Shown: positions 49,845 through 63,267 of the stretch, piece after piece
Numbering within the stretch: the stretch's first letter is position 1
Layout: every line of letters begins with the position of its first letter
Translations under genes and position numbers: made by a program
The notes under the pieces: generated by a model
Databases searched by the model: none
The model's input: the letters and a program-made list of their open reading frames with translations, nothing else
What the model was told of the DNA's origin: nothing
Assembly: GCF_006345805.1 (NCBI RefSeq)
Contig: NC_043002.1
Span: 75,454,001-75,518,000, forward strand
DNA from: Octopus sinensis
Lineage: Eukaryota
Reading direction: 5' to 3'
Length of the DNA stretch: 64,000 nucleotides

Positions 49845-50165
49845 GTAAAAAGTACCCATGCTGGTGCCATGTAGAAAGAACCTGTGCTGGTGCCATGTAA
49901 AAAGCATCCTTTTTCAGTGCCATGTGAAAAGCACCCTTTTTGGTACCATGTAAATAGCACCTGGGCTGGTGCCATGGATAAAGCACTAGTGCTGATGTCG
50001 CATAAAAAGTACCTAGTACACTCCGTAAAGTATTTGGTATTAGGAAGGGCAGCCAGCCATAGAAACCATGCCAAAACAGATAATTGGAACCTGGTTGGCC
50101 AACTCTTATCAAACTCTCAAACCCTTACCAGCATGGAAAATAGACATTAAATGTTGATGATGATG
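49845..50165 (+). mobile_element. RTE 3'-tail element with 6-7 tandem copies of the GTGCCATGTAAAAAGCA module
   Basis: A module array followed by TTAGGAAGGGCAGCCAGCC...CCAGCATGGAAAATAGACATTAAATGTTGATGATG. Confidence 0.8.
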
Positions 50166-50718
50166 ATTTGTGGGCTCATTGGTGCACAAAAACTGATTTA
50201 AATAAGTACAGGAAAGAGGCTCAGACAGAAGTGGTAATTTTTCAATATCCTGCATGCTGCAATAGTTAACATAATAGAAATAAAATTTTAAAGTTTATTC
50301 TTTCACTGTGGCCACAATGCCAATTGATCCATGGGCCAGTTGTTATGGACCCCCATTAGCCACCAGAGGGTTCAGAGGTGAAATTAATGCTGGCAGTATT
50401 TGAACTTTGACCTAAGTGGCCTGAATATAAATTACTTTAAGGTCACAGCTAATCATTGAAAGAACAAAAAAAGATGTACAGGGGTGGGGTGGAATTAATT
50501 ATTCTCATGGATGTGTTATGTTTGTATGGATACAAGCTTCTGTTTCTATGTTGGTCTTCGTTTTCTTTTCAATAGAAATGTACACCTCATCATATATTTA
50601 TTAACTGTTTTCAACAGAATCCACCCCCCTCTCATCAAACCCCATCTCACCAGTATACCTGCCAATATTCAGTTGCAAAGCAGTCTTTTTTTATTACTAT
50701 TATTATTATCATTATTAC

Positions 50719-50749
<31 letters not shown>

Positions 50750-51120
50750 TTCATAACTGTCAGAATAACTGAATAATAGACTAACAGCCAGTTAAATCAT
50801 TGCGCTGAATGAACAATTGGTAGACCAGTCAACAGACAAAGCAGCAACAACAACAACAACAAAAGAAGCAAGAAAAAAAGTAGAACTTTGATTTAAACAA
50901 CTGACAGTGGTGCAAGAAAACTCTCTGGATATATAAGAACTGTATGTGGTGCAGAAAGGAGAACATGGGGGGTGGGGGAAAGCCATTTAGATAAACAAGT
51001 AATCATCTTGTTTTAGCTCTGTGTAGGGTCTTGGTTTATTAGTCTGTCGCTTTCTCTGTCCCTGCTTCTCTCTGTCTGTCTGTCTCTCTGTCTGTCTCTC
51101 TCTCTTTCTCTCTCGTGCAG

Positions 51121-51535
51121 GCATGGCTGTGTGGCTTAGAAGCTCAATTTGCAACTATGTTGTTTTAGGTTCAAACCCACTGCATAGCACCTTGGGCAAG
51201 TGCCTTCTACCATAGGCCCAAGCCAACTAATACCTTGCGAATAAATATGGTAAATGGAAACTGTTTGGAAGCCTGTAGTGTGTGTGTGTGTGTATGTACA
51301 CCACACACACAAACACGTGTATGTGTATGTATATGTATTTATATGTCTTTGTGCTTGTGTATATCTCCCATTACTGCTTAGCTACCAGTGATGGTTCGCT
51401 TCGCCATAACGTAGCTGTTTGGCTAAAGAGACCGACAGAATAGGTACCAGACTTCAGTACAGGAGTCAAGTTGTTTGACTAAAACTCTTCAAGGCGGTGC
51501 CCCAGCATGGCTATGGCCCACTGACTGAAACAAGT
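51121..51535 (+). mobile_element. SINE family A, near full length
   Basis: Head, body, (GT)n and 3' module (GAGACCGACAGAATAGGTACCAG...CCCCAGCATGG...GACTGAAACAAG). Confidence 0.85.
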
Positions 51536-52286
51536 TGGAGATATATAAAAATTACAAAACAACAGGAGTGCAGTGCTTTTATTTCATGCTTTTTATTTCT
51601 TTCTTTCTTAAAATCCTAAGTTTTATTCATCTCTTTTACTTGAAGGGTGTGAAATGATCCGTTGCATTAGTAAGAAAGAAATTAATGTTGAAGAAAGGTT
51701 TCAAGGTTTAAGAAATAAATGAGGAAAACTATTAAAAAAAAAAAAACTCGGTAATTAAACATAATTATGCACTGAACCGTTAATTAAGCTGTGTGACTCC
51801 TCATTGAACTTGTGTCGTTTAGTGATTGTGAGTAATAAGTAGTGAAAAGGAAAATAAAATGTAAACTTTTTAGATTAACTTTTCTATGAAACCCTCTTGG
51901 GAGATCATCTGTGTGTGTGTGTCTGTTTTTATTAGCAGTTAATTAATTAAAATGAACTAGGTATATTAATGTAACAGGGGAGAAATTTAAGTTTAGCTGT
52001 TTAAAAATAGGTTATATTTTGAGTACCACAAGCTGCAGTAAGAATCGTTATCATCATCACTGCTGTCGTCATCATCATCATCATGGTGGTGAAGATGAGG
52101 ATGGTGGTGGTGGTGGTGATGATAATGAAGATGATAACACTGTTGATGGTGATTCCTACTGCAGCTAGTGCCCTGCGAAATACATCATCACCATCATTGA
52201 TCATCGTCATCATCATCACTGCTGCTATCACCACCACCATTTGTGTATTTATACTGAGAGGTGTTGGGCAATATTTCACTTTACAA

Positions 52287-52510
52287 GGGTGGTGAGCTGG
52301 CAGAATCGTTAACATGCTGGGCAAGATGCTTAATGGTTTTTCATCCACCTTTATATTCTGAGTTGAAATTCTACTGAGCTTCATTTTGCCTTTCATCCTT
52401 TTGTTGGGTGTCAATGAAATAAGTACCAGTTGAGCATTGGGGTTGATATAATCGACTTAACCCCTACCCCAGAATTACTGACCTTGTGTGCTGAAATTTG
52501 AAACCACTAT
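52287..52510 (+). mobile_element. SINE family B
   Basis: GGTGGTGAGCTGGCAGAATCGTTA...GAGTTGAAATTC...AATAAGTACCAGTTGAGC. Confidence 0.82.
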
Positions 52511-52629
52511 TTCCCTTAATAGCTTTTATTCTTTTTCCTTTAAAAGAAGCACTCAGTCAATCTTTGAAATGCTGACTATGACTATGTTGGTGATATAACT
52601 GAGTCGGGAATCCACTGTACTTCATACAC

Positions 52630-52892
52630 TGTGATGTATTATTTCAGAGAAAATGTTCTTCAAGGTATTGCCTAGATGAGGGGGTGATGAAAAGCTCCTA
52701 GTTTTAAGGGCGTTGTGAAAGGCCTAGTTGGAGGCCTAACCTTCTGAGTTCTTTTACAGGGCTTAGGAAAACTGAAGGACTGCTGCAATAAGTGTGTGAA
52801 TCTGAGAGAATATGGTGAATAAAATCATTATTAACTGATCTTCCTATATTTTCTTTTAACCAAAGCCAGGAACTTTTCAGCACATCATCATA
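52630..52892 (+). mobile_element. Mariner 3' remnant with right TIR
   Basis: Degenerate C-terminus (..EFFYRGLRKLKDCCNKCVNL.EYGE*) followed by AAAGCCAGGAACTTTTCAGCACATCATCA-TA. Confidence 0.7.
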
Positions 52893-53288
52893 TCCTTTGC
52901 TTTTGATATTAAATGTAAAATCTCTAAAAGCTAGAGAGAGAGACAGACAGACAGACAGAGAAATTAAGAGTACCATAAATGGAAAGACACTGTGATAGAG
53001 AAAGAGCAGGGGATGGGGTGTGTGCATATTGGTAAGAAGTTGAATGGGTGAAAATAAAAACAAGGATAAATAGCTAAGCGAGGAAGCTAAAAGCTATGTT
53101 ATGAAGAAATTGTTGTGATGGATATATAATTGGCCTGTACAGTGATTGAAGTGCTCTAAATCGAGACTGAGAAATTAGGAAGCCATCTGGAAACATCATC
53201 AATATGTGGAGCCTCATTCATGAAATGCTAGTCTTAAATACATCTTTATACATGTTATAGAAGTGTGTGTGTGTTTCAGTAATAAACA

Positions 53289-53360
<72 letters not shown>

Positions 53361-53424
53361 ATATATACATACACACACACACACATATATATATAAATGT
53401 ATATATTCATGTGTATATGCATAA

Positions 53425-53477
<53 letters not shown>

Positions 53478-53479
<2 letters not shown>

Positions 53480-53822
53480 GCTTGAGGAGACCTATTGAGT
53501 CAAGTACATCAACATCAAAAAATCAAATGGAAATTGAATTGTGATACCTGTGCTGGTGGCACGTAAAATGCACCATCCGATCATGGCCAATGCCAGCGCC
53601 ACCTTGACTGGCTTCCGTGCCGGTGGCACATAAAAAGCACCAACCAATCATGGCTGTTGCCAGTCTCGCCTGACACCCATGCCGGTGGCACGTAAAAAGC
53701 ATCCAGCTGTAGAAACACTGCCAGATCAGACTGGAGCCTGGTGCAGCCTCCTGGCTTCCCAGACCTCGGTCGAACCATGCAACCCATGCTAGCATGGAAA
53801 ACAAATGTTAAATGATGATGAT
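53478..53822 (+). mobile_element. 5'-truncated copy of the RTE LINE 3' UTR
   Basis: Aligns to the reverse complement of about 42811-43240, including GAC(C/T)ATTGAG.CAAGT..AATGGAAATTG, the repeated GGTGGCAC(G/A)TAAAAAGCA modules and the (ATG)n tail. Confidence 0.85.
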
Positions 53823-53923
53823 GATATATATATAAATATAAACATAAATATATATACATATATATATAAATATATAAACATAAATGTATATACACAAATA
53901 TATATAAATATATTTATATTCAC

Positions 53924-53954
<31 letters not shown>

Positions 53955-54559
53955 TATAATATATACATACATACAGACACACACACACATACACACATAT
54001 TTATATATACATACACACATGTATATATCATCATCATCGTTTAATGTCTGCTTTCCATGATAGCATGAGTGGGACATTTTAACAGGAACTGACCAGGCAG
54101 AAGCCTGTATCAGATTTCTGCAACTGTTTTGGCAGGATCTTTACAGCTGGATGCCCTTCCTAACACCAACCACTCAGCAGAGTGGATTAAGTGCTTTTTA
54201 CGTCGCACAAGTACAGGCGAGGTCAGTTTTGGCAAGGTTTTTTTTGCAGGTGGATGCCCTTCCAAATGCCAACCACTTTACAGTGTGGATTGGCTGCTTT
54301 TTAAGTGGCACCTGCACTGACAAGGTCACCAAGTAACCTACTAGACAAAAATCTTTTGACAGGAGAGGGGCCATTGCAGGAGGTGATCTCGTATCAGATG
54401 ATGAAAGGTGATAGTGAGGCAGAGAGGCAGAAACAGGTGTCTCACTGTAGAGAAGGTACAAAGACACCCGGCCAGAGAGAGATAGTGCAAAATCAGTAAT
54501 AAAGACAGAAATAAGTGTGGTGCCACAAAGGAAATTTATGTGTGTGTGTATATATATAT

Positions 54560-54872
54560 ATATATATGTATGTATAATAATGGAATCTCCTGTTGTTAGG
54601 CAATGTATGAGGGTTGAACAATATCTTACCGAACAACAACCACACAGATAATCTGTTTATTGTGATCAGATGTTTGCGTAGACATAAGCTCACTCCCTCC
54701 ATCAAATCGATATTACCTGTACAGGTGCAACTGGGTGTCATGTGTCAGATGTTGAAATGATTGCAGAGCAATGTGAAATGGAGTGCATTGCTCAAGAATG
54801 CTACGCTCAGTCTGGGAATCGAACCCATGATCTTGCAATCACGTGTACAACACCCTAACTACTAAGCCATGC
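54560..54872 (-). mobile_element. tRNA-derived SINE family D, reverse
   Basis: Reverse head GGGAATCGAACCCATG...CCCTAACTACTAAGCCATGC. Confidence 0.78.
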
Positions 54873-54939
54873 ATATAAATATATATATATACAAATGTAT
54901 ATATGTATATATACATTTGTATATAAATATATATATGTA

Positions 54940-54974
<35 letters not shown>

Positions 54975-55876
54975 GTATATGTTTATACGTATGTATGTAT
55001 ATATACATGCACACATAGAGCCATACATATATGCATGGGTATTATATTCATATAAACACACTTAAACAAACATGTGGCACACACACACACACATATATCT
55101 TCACATCTATTTCCTCTTTGGGATGTTTAATTATAATTAGTCTCTACTTTAAGAATCTAATTTATTCTGGTATTTGGTTTCCTCTTTTCCATCTGCGTCT
55201 GCATTTCCCAGCCTCAGTCACCATCAAATCACCATCAAACTGAAGTACTTTATTAGTTAATTTAGTGCTACTAATGTAGGAGGTGGCTGCGTTTTCTCTT
55301 TCGCACTCTCTCTCTCTCTCAGGGACCTCTTGGTTCCAGTGCATCTTCTCAACCCAACCTTACCGCATTGCCATTACATTCTTTTTCTTAAATACTTGTT
55401 TTAAGTTCTCTGTTTAATATCAAAGCTATTTAATTGAAATTAAATCCCCCATTGGTGGATTTTTTTCTGTTCTGAATTGAAATAGTTGGATCAGAAGTAA
55501 GAAAAAAAACCCCCACTTCTTACCTAAATATATTTGTGTGTGTGCGTGTGTCTATGTATGTGTATATGTATGTATATGCATATATGTATATATATATGTG
55601 TATATATATATATATATATGTATGTATGTGTATGTACAAGTGTATATGTATATACCTGTATATATGTATATATTTGTATGTATATATATGTGTGTGTGTA
55701 TATATAAGTATATGTATGTATATATACATATGTATATGCATGTTTATATATATGTGTGTGTATACATATGTATATGCATGTTTATATATATATGTGTGTG
55801 TATATATATGTATGGATGTATATGTGTGTGTGTGTATATATATATATATGTAAATGTATTCATATGTATATCTCTA

Positions 55877-55919
<43 letters not shown>

Positions 55920-56699
55920 AGAATATTGGCAGATATTGTATTATTACACACTCACAACTCACACACACAAATATATACAGATATAAATACTTACATGAGA
56001 TATATATTTTTTTTCTGCTTATTGCCTTTTCCTGACTTTATTATAATTCTTTCCGTTGTATCATATTTCATATAACACTTTATTCAGAAGTGTTTCATAT
56101 TATGTGAGGATTTTTGTGTTCTTGAGTGTGGTGCTTGTGTGTGTGTTTAACCATTTACTGGTATACAATGCACTTGTGGAAAATTGAGATTTCTTCACGA
56201 CATCCAATACAACATGGCATATGTAGGAAGACTTGTTTTTTCACTTACATGCTTGACTACTTCAAACTAAATACATTTAACTAAGAGAGAGAGCCATGGA
56301 AAGAAGACTGCCAGCTGCCTTGATTTTACAAGTACGACAAGTTAAAATATTTGACTATTGAGACAGGTTTTGTGTAGTTTTGGTGGTCTCTGTTGTTTGT
56401 TCGTACATTCACAACTCCCTAAGGTTTCATAGAGCTGGTTTTGTGTATAGGAGAGAAAAGAAATTTCATCAGGAGCGGATATGCAAAGAAGCAGTTACAT
56501 TATTTAGAAGCCATTCTAGGGATTTAATAACACATGAAGTTGTTAAATATACTTTCACCCTTTTGTTACCATATTTCCGTTTACATACTCTGCCTTCGTT
56601 ACTGTAGCTTTTGAAAGTAGTTGAGAATTTAGTAAAATTCTTCATCATTATTAAACTGGTGTTTTTGGGACATTGCTTTGAATATTCTAATCAAATGAA

Positions 56700-56935
56700 T
56701 CGACCCCAGCACTTATTCTGTTGGTCTCCTTTTACTGAACTGCTAAGCTGTGGGGACATAAACACACCAACACTGGTTGTCAAGTGATATACACACACAC
56801 ACACACACAATGGGCTTCTTTTAGCTTCCCTCTATGAAATCCACTCACAAGGTTTTGGTCAGCCCAAGGCTACAGTATAAGACACTTGCCCAAGGTACTA
56901 TGCAGTGGTGAACCCGGAACTATGTGGTTGGAAAG
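56700..56935 (-). mobile_element. SINE family A, reverse
   Basis: CTACAGTATAAGACACTTGCCCAAGG...GAACCCGGAAC. Confidence 0.78.
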
Positions 56936-58291
56936 AGATTAAATGTTTTATCACCATATTCTTGATGAAACATACCCCCATGTAGCCTAAAAACATGGAA
57001 ACATGGAAAGTAATTTGAAGGTAAGTTAGGAAGCAGATTATATTTATTATATTTAAGATATAAAATCACTAAATTTAGGGATTGAATATTTTATCTTCAT
57101 ATTTCTATTGAAACAGTCTGTCTATGGACATTTTAGTAACTTTGAAAATAATCCAGATTTAGATGTCATTTTGTAAATTAACTAACTTTTGTCATTATCA
57201 GTTCGGTGTCTGAAATGTAACTTAACAAATAAAAGATTTTACATAAAATTATGTTAGAATGAATATTTTAAAACAGGAGATTTTACATCATTGAACCAGA
57301 GGCTGTTTTGGAGAGTTTGGTATAAAATGAGTTAAATTGTCATTGCTATTGTTTAGTTGCAAGGTCGGTCCTGATCAGATAACCTCTGATATCATCAAAG
57401 ACATTCCAGTCATGATCATACCATTATTTTATACACCCAGGACTACATTGTCCAATGTCTTCTTGTTTTTTTCAAGACTTATGAAATGGTTTGAGAGAGA
57501 TTTAGCTGCTATATCAAACAGGTTGAAGAACCTTGAAAAGGCTTTCTTTTTGGTATTAAGTTATCAAGGAAGGCTGTCTCTGTTTTTATTGCTTTTGTAT
57601 TTCTTTTTCATTCCTACCTCTCCAATCTGTAATTAATCTAAACTACGGATATGGCCTTTTCCTATAAAGGAAGCTAAAGACAATTCTATTTTACTACAGT
57701 CTTCCTCTTCTTAATAAGGCAGATTTCCATGGAGTTGTATCCTCTGCAAACAATTATGGCAATCTCTTCCAGTTCCTTTTAATAAATGGTTTGTTTAATC
57801 CAACCAGTGCTGTGATGTTACCACTATATTTGTTCTTTCTCCATCGTAATGTGACTAATTAACACAGAAATCCTTACTGCTCTACATCCTGTTCAACACT
57901 ATTGTTTCCCCTCTCAGCCTTCTTGATCATTTAACAGCTTAACATATATTTCCTAAGTTATTGGAATTTGTCAGTAATGAAGTCAAGCCAGTTGTGTTTA
58001 GTTAATGTTGTTCAAAAGTAGAGTAAATTGCTATGTCATGAGGAAGAGGAGATGTCAAATTCTAGCATTCCAAGCAGGACTCATTATCAGAGAGCAATGT
58101 TTTCTGACGATATAGAATGAGAATGAAAAAATGGCGACTGTTTGGAGAAATTCTTGTGAATAATATAAATTAAAAAAAAGAAATTGAAAGAAGAATGTCA
58201 CATAAGCATTAGATTGGTGCTTAGCTTAAGTTTGTTGGTGTTGAACTGAGGGAAGGTAAATCTTTCCGTCAATTGGGTACCACTCTGACTT

Positions 58292-59035
58292 ATCGTTTTT
58301 GTTTCAGTCATTAGATTGTGGCCATGGTGGGGCACCAGCTTGAAGAATTTTAGTCAAATGAATTAACCCTTACTTTTTAAACCTGGTGCTGTTCCTGTCT
58401 GTTTCTTTTGCCAAACTGCTAAGTTATGGGCATGGAAACGCACCAACACTAGGTGTCATGCTGAGGGGGGCGGGAACAGACACACACACTCTCACACATA
58501 CACACATACATAACTGTCTCTTTCTCTCTCACACACATGCAGAAACGCACACACACATACACAGAAGTTGTGATTTGCTGTTCTTGAGAAGATGTGCCAA
58601 CCTAAGAAAAATTACTGCCATCCACACATACAGGCTTGTCCTTTACAGGTTCTGGTGCACATAAAATGCACTTGTGCTGGTGCTGTGAAAAAGCACCCAT
58701 GCTGGTGGTATGTAAATGGCACCAAACACACTCTTTAAAGTGGTTGGCATTAGGAAGGGCATCCAGCCATAGAAACCATGCCACAACAGACAATTGGAGT
58801 CAGGATAGCTCCCCTGCTAGCCAGCTCCATGTCATACCATTCAAGCCATGCCAGTATGGAAGATGGACGTTAAATGGTTTCTATCTACCAAATTCACTCA
58901 CAAGGCTTTGACTGACCTGAGGCTATAGTAGAAGACACATGCCCAAGGTGCCATGTAGTAGGACTGAACCCAGAAGCTTGTGATTGGGAAGCAAACTTCT
59001 TACTATGCAGCCAAGTATTTAGGTGAACTGAGCCA
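58292..59035. mobile_element. Cluster: family A SINE (minus) interrupted by a plus-strand LINE-tail copy at about 58660-58875
   Basis: Family A 3' module at 58292-58500 and its body and head at 58878-59035 flank GGCATTAGGAAGGGCATCCAGCC...GGACGTTAAATG. Confidence 0.7.
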
Positions 59036-59945
59036 TGCTGTATTTAGCCATCATAATAATGTTTACTTTTCCATGCTTGCCTGGGTCAGACAGTATTTGT
59101 CAAGGCAGAGTTTTTTTAGACAGTCAGATGCCCTGTATGTGTGTGTGTGTGTGGGGGGGGGTGTTTCCTTCTCTTGACATCATACAATGGTTGTAAATGA
59201 ATGTGACTGTCATACAAAAAGTTTCAATCATTTCTGAACACCCTTAAAGACATGTCTGGCCATGAGTAAATATTACCTTACTTTGAAACAGGTGAAGGTT
59301 GACATCAAGAAGGGTATCTCGCTGTAAAATAATCTGCCTCAGAAAATTCCATCCGACCCAGGAAAGTGGTCTGTAAAATATTGATGATGATGAATATTAA
59401 TTCATGAACTGTATGTATGTGCATGGGTTGGCGGTTGTGTATTTCCTTTCTTCTCTATTTATAAACTCTTGCCTTTCACACTGAATATACCTTTTCATAT
59501 TGGCTTTGTTTAGTAAAGAACTCTAGTTCTCTTTCCTTTTCTGCCCGATTTTATCTTTTTTCCTTCATGCTGAAATATTAATTAGTACAAATCTAAGAGA
59601 ACAATAGAACTGCTATAATTCTTTCATATCTGTATTCTGTATCCAATTAATTAATCCTAGAACAGCAACAACAACAGCAATGACGGCTCGAAATAAGAAA
59701 TAAGTCTCCAGTATATTATCATTGTTACAAGCCCAATCTGATTTAGTTTCATCAAATGTCTTTATTTATTTTCCATTCCTTACCATTTTCATTTTTAATT
59801 CTGAAAAATAACAGCCTTATCAATTTTATTTAGCTGTCACTGTATAATCCGTAGAATGAAGAAGATTGTATATTACTTGGTTATTACAACTTTTAACTGT
59901 TTGTTTTAATTTATTTTTGTAAAGCTAAGGTTCTCTCCCTCTCTT

Positions 59946-59999
<54 letters not shown>

Positions 60000-60394
60000 C
60001 TAGCAGTATCGCCTGGCGTTGCTCGGGTTTGTAAGGGAAATAACTATATAAGCATTTTTACAGAGTTATAGCCAAAAAATAGCAAAAAAATGCATTAAAA
60101 ATGGAAAAAAATGATGGTAAATTTTTTTTTAAATCATTGACTCATCGTAGACATTTTTAGAGAGTTACTTCCCTTATATAATAGCGAAAAATGCATTAAA
60201 GTGGAAAAAAATTATGGTAATTTTTTTTTAAATCGTAGGCTCATCGTAGACGCGCGCTAATACCCAGAAGGGCTCGATATGAATCACGACTATAAGATAC
60301 CTGGTTTTGGTTAAACTGCACCGCAAAATGTGGGAGTAGTTAGGAATCTAAATCGTAGGAGACAGACACACAACTTGACTTCTATATATAAAGA
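60000..60394 (-). mobile_element. Non-autonomous Helitron
   Basis: On the minus strand it begins 5'-TC, ends CTAG-3' and sits between A and T. A GC-rich subterminal palindrome (CCTGGCGTTGCTCGGG) lies about 10 nt from the 3' end. Internal duplication with a period of about 100 bp. Confidence 0.85.
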
Positions 60395-60404
60395 TATAAT
60401 GGGC

Positions 60405-60945
60405 TCTCCTGTTGCAGACAACATGCGTGTTCAGCCTTTGCTGAAAGACCTGCACAAATGATTTGTTTATAGTGACCAAATGTTCATGCCACACTTTAGC
60501 TCACTCCCTCCATCAAATCGATGTTGTCTGAATAGGTTCACAGTGTGCCACGTGTGCAGTGTCGAAGTGATCACAGAGCAACACAAGATAAAGTGTTAAA
60601 AGACGGCAAGCTGGCAGAAATATTAGCACACTGGGCGAAATGCTTAGGCAGTATTTCATCTGCCGTTACATTCTGAATTCAAATTCTGCTGAGGTTGACT
60701 TTCCCTTGCATCCTTTCGGGGTCGATTAAATACATACCAGTTACACACTGGGGTTGATGTAATCGACTTAATCCCTTTGTCTGTCCTTGTTTGTCCCTTC
60801 TTTGTTTAGCCCCTTGTGGACAATAAATAAAATAAGATAAAGTGTTCTTTTCAAAAACACAATGCACTGCCCAGTCTAGGAATTGAAATTCCAATTACTT
60901 AATTGTGTAATCAACACCCTAATCACTAAACCATGCACCCTCACA
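60405..60945 (-). mobile_element. SINE family D (host of the nested family B copy)
   Basis: The two halves match 54560-54872 (AGCTCACTCCCTCCATCAAATCGAT...CACCCTAA.CACTAA.CCATGC). Confidence 0.75.
60598..60833 (+). mobile_element. SINE family B inserted into a family D SINE
   Basis: 13-bp TSD AAGATAAAGTGTT at 60585-60597 and 60834-60846. Confidence 0.88.
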
Positions 60946-61231
60946 CACATGCACATGCACACACATATGTGTGTGTATTATCAATATGTATCCTAGTACT
61001 AATGCTTGTTTCAGTAAGGATTAGCTGAATTGGTAGAGCATTGGAAAAAATACCTTGTGCTCATTTAGTTACAGTTCTTTTATATCTGAGTTCAAATCTC
61101 TCCAATTTCAAACTTACCTTTCATTCTTGTAGAGCTGGGTGGATCAATGAAGGAGAGGTAGCTGTCTTGTACTGGGTTCAATGTAATCAATTATGCCCCT
61201 CTCCTCAAATTTAAGACCTTGTGCTTATGTT

Positions 61232-61450
61232 TAACCCTTTAGCATTTAGATTACCCTGTCAAAGGTATTGCCTATTTATCTATATTGTTTCAAACGACCC
61301 ACGCATTATCTTCTAGCTTCAAGGTTTCAGTAGTGTATATTTTTAGAATGACATTGTAGGTTGGTATGAGAGGTTTGATCTGGTCAGTTTTAACATAAAA
61401 CAAGTAGAATATTTGGGCCAGGTACGACAACTATTAATTGCAGCTAAAAT
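61232..61450. mobile_element. piggyBac-type MITE, right end degraded
   Basis: Left terminus TTAA|CCCTTTAGCATT. The internal sequence resembles an abundant octopus MITE (recognised from memory). Confidence 0.6.
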
Positions 61451-61555
61451 GTCTTGTTTACTTGGGTTTAACTTTCAGTTTATAAGCACATGTTAGGGTT
61501 GAGTGGGGATTGCACTTGTTAGTCATATATGCCTTCCTTTCTCCCTTTCCTTTTT

Positions 61556-61597
<42 letters not shown>

Positions 61598-62751
61598 TTT
61601 TTTTATGTACCTGAAATTTTAGTAAATTAGTTAAAACACTAAAGAAAAGAAATCAATACCTTAGTTGATTTTTTTTTTCTTTTTCCGAATTAACATATAT
61701 CTACTATTGAAAGTGTTATAAATTTTATCCACTGTAAAAAGAAAAAAAAAAGAAAATACTTACAAAGAACAACAACAAAAACAATCAAATTAGTCTTCGA
61801 TAAACTAAGAGTAAAACAAAAATGAAAGTACATAAAAATAAAATTGATAACAAAGAAAATAAGGCAAAAAATAACATTAAAAAAAAAAGTTATGTTGATG
61901 AAATCTGTGTCTTCTTCGATGCTTATTTTCAAACTCCTAATGGCGTATTCAACTATTAGTTAGAATATTTGATTTATTTTTAATTTATTTTCAATTTTTT
62001 AATTCTTTTTTTATTTTTAAATTTTTTTTTATTATTATTAAAATGTCTCGATAATGAATCTCGTCTAATAGCCACTGTAATTGGTAGTTATTATCATATT
62101 TATCTTTGCAACCAATTATTCATGTGTCTATTCACTGATTTCTTTCCTTTTGTTTTATTGTTTTTTTTCATTTTTGTTTTTAAAAAAATTCGTTTTTTTT
62201 TTTATGGAATTTATGAAAAATCAAAGATTATCAAAAAGATAAGGAACCATAGTTATTATTACAATTTATTATTATTATCATCATTAGCTGGCTTGAAGGC
62301 TTTTAGTGAGGTGTGTGTGTGAATGTATGTGTGTTGGTTGAGTTAAATTGCTTAATGAAGGCTCTTGGATTTTAGTTGTAGTAAATGAGTAATGATGCTA
62401 ATAATGATAAGGACAATAATAATGATGATGATGATGCTGACAGCAGCAACAATAGTAGTGATAATGGTGTTGATTGTAAATGATTTCTTAATTAAACTGC
62501 ATGATAATGATGATGATGATGGTAATAATGATAAAAATGGGGTAATGATAAATGCATTCTTAATTAAACTTGAATTTTCAGGAAGGTAGACCTGTATACC
62601 TTGCCCAAGAACACAGTGCAATTTTTGCAGTAGGACATGAATTAAAGATATCATTAGTTTTAAGAAAATGGAAAAGCACAAGAAACTGATAGTGATAAAT
62701 TTCTAACGGGAATACAATAAAAAGATTATTAATTAGGTGTAGACAAGGCTT

Positions 62752-62990
62752 TGTAGTTAGGAAACTCACTTTGCAACCACATAGTTTTGAGTTCAATCTC
62801 ACTGTGCAGCACATTGGGTTAGTGTCTTTTACTATATTCCTGGGCCAGCTAAAGCCCTGTGAATGAATTTGGTAGATGAAAACTGGAAGAAGTCTTCTTG
62901 GGCGAGTGTCTTCTACTATATCTCTGGGTCAGCTAAAGCCTTGTGAATGAATTTGGTAGATGCAAACTGGAAGAAGTCTATTGTACATGA

Positions 62991-63029
<39 letters not shown>

Positions 63030-63262
63030 CTTGTCTTGACATCATATGCTGGTTGTAGATGAGCGTCACCATCATACAAGCGAGGTTGTTCATTTCTAGT
63101 CTTCTGGTTAAAAAAGATTATCTGGCCATGAGTAGATATTATCTTACCTGGAACCAGGTGAGTTGGCGACGGTAAGGGCATCCAGTATCAGAAAATCTAC
63201 TTCAATAAATTCTGTCTGACCCATGCAAGCATGGAAAAGTGTACATTAAAATGATGATGATT
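62752..63262 (+). mobile_element. SINE family A head and body (internal duplication of about 84 bp) joined to an RTE-type 3' tail ending (ATG)n
   Basis: tRNA-like head at 62752, duplicated GTGTCTT..TGGTAGATG..AACTGGAAGAAGTC, (GT)n, then GGGCATCCAG...CCCATGCAAGCATGGAAAAG..ATTAAAATGATGATGA. Confidence 0.82.
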
Positions 63263-63267
63263 TAAAG

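Noticed and set aside
50359-50370. CTCF-like GCCACCAGAGGG
   Set aside because: The 3' part mismatches the consensus, and it lies within a degraded family B SINE remnant.
61764-61804. 41-nt minus-strand micro-exon (CTCTTAG ... TTT|GTAAGT)
   Set aside because: The interior is U-rich like an intron, and such signals are expected by chance in an A-rich tract.
63140-63165. Overlapping AG|GT motifs on both strands
   Set aside because: Part of the SINE tail consensus, with no pyrimidine tract.
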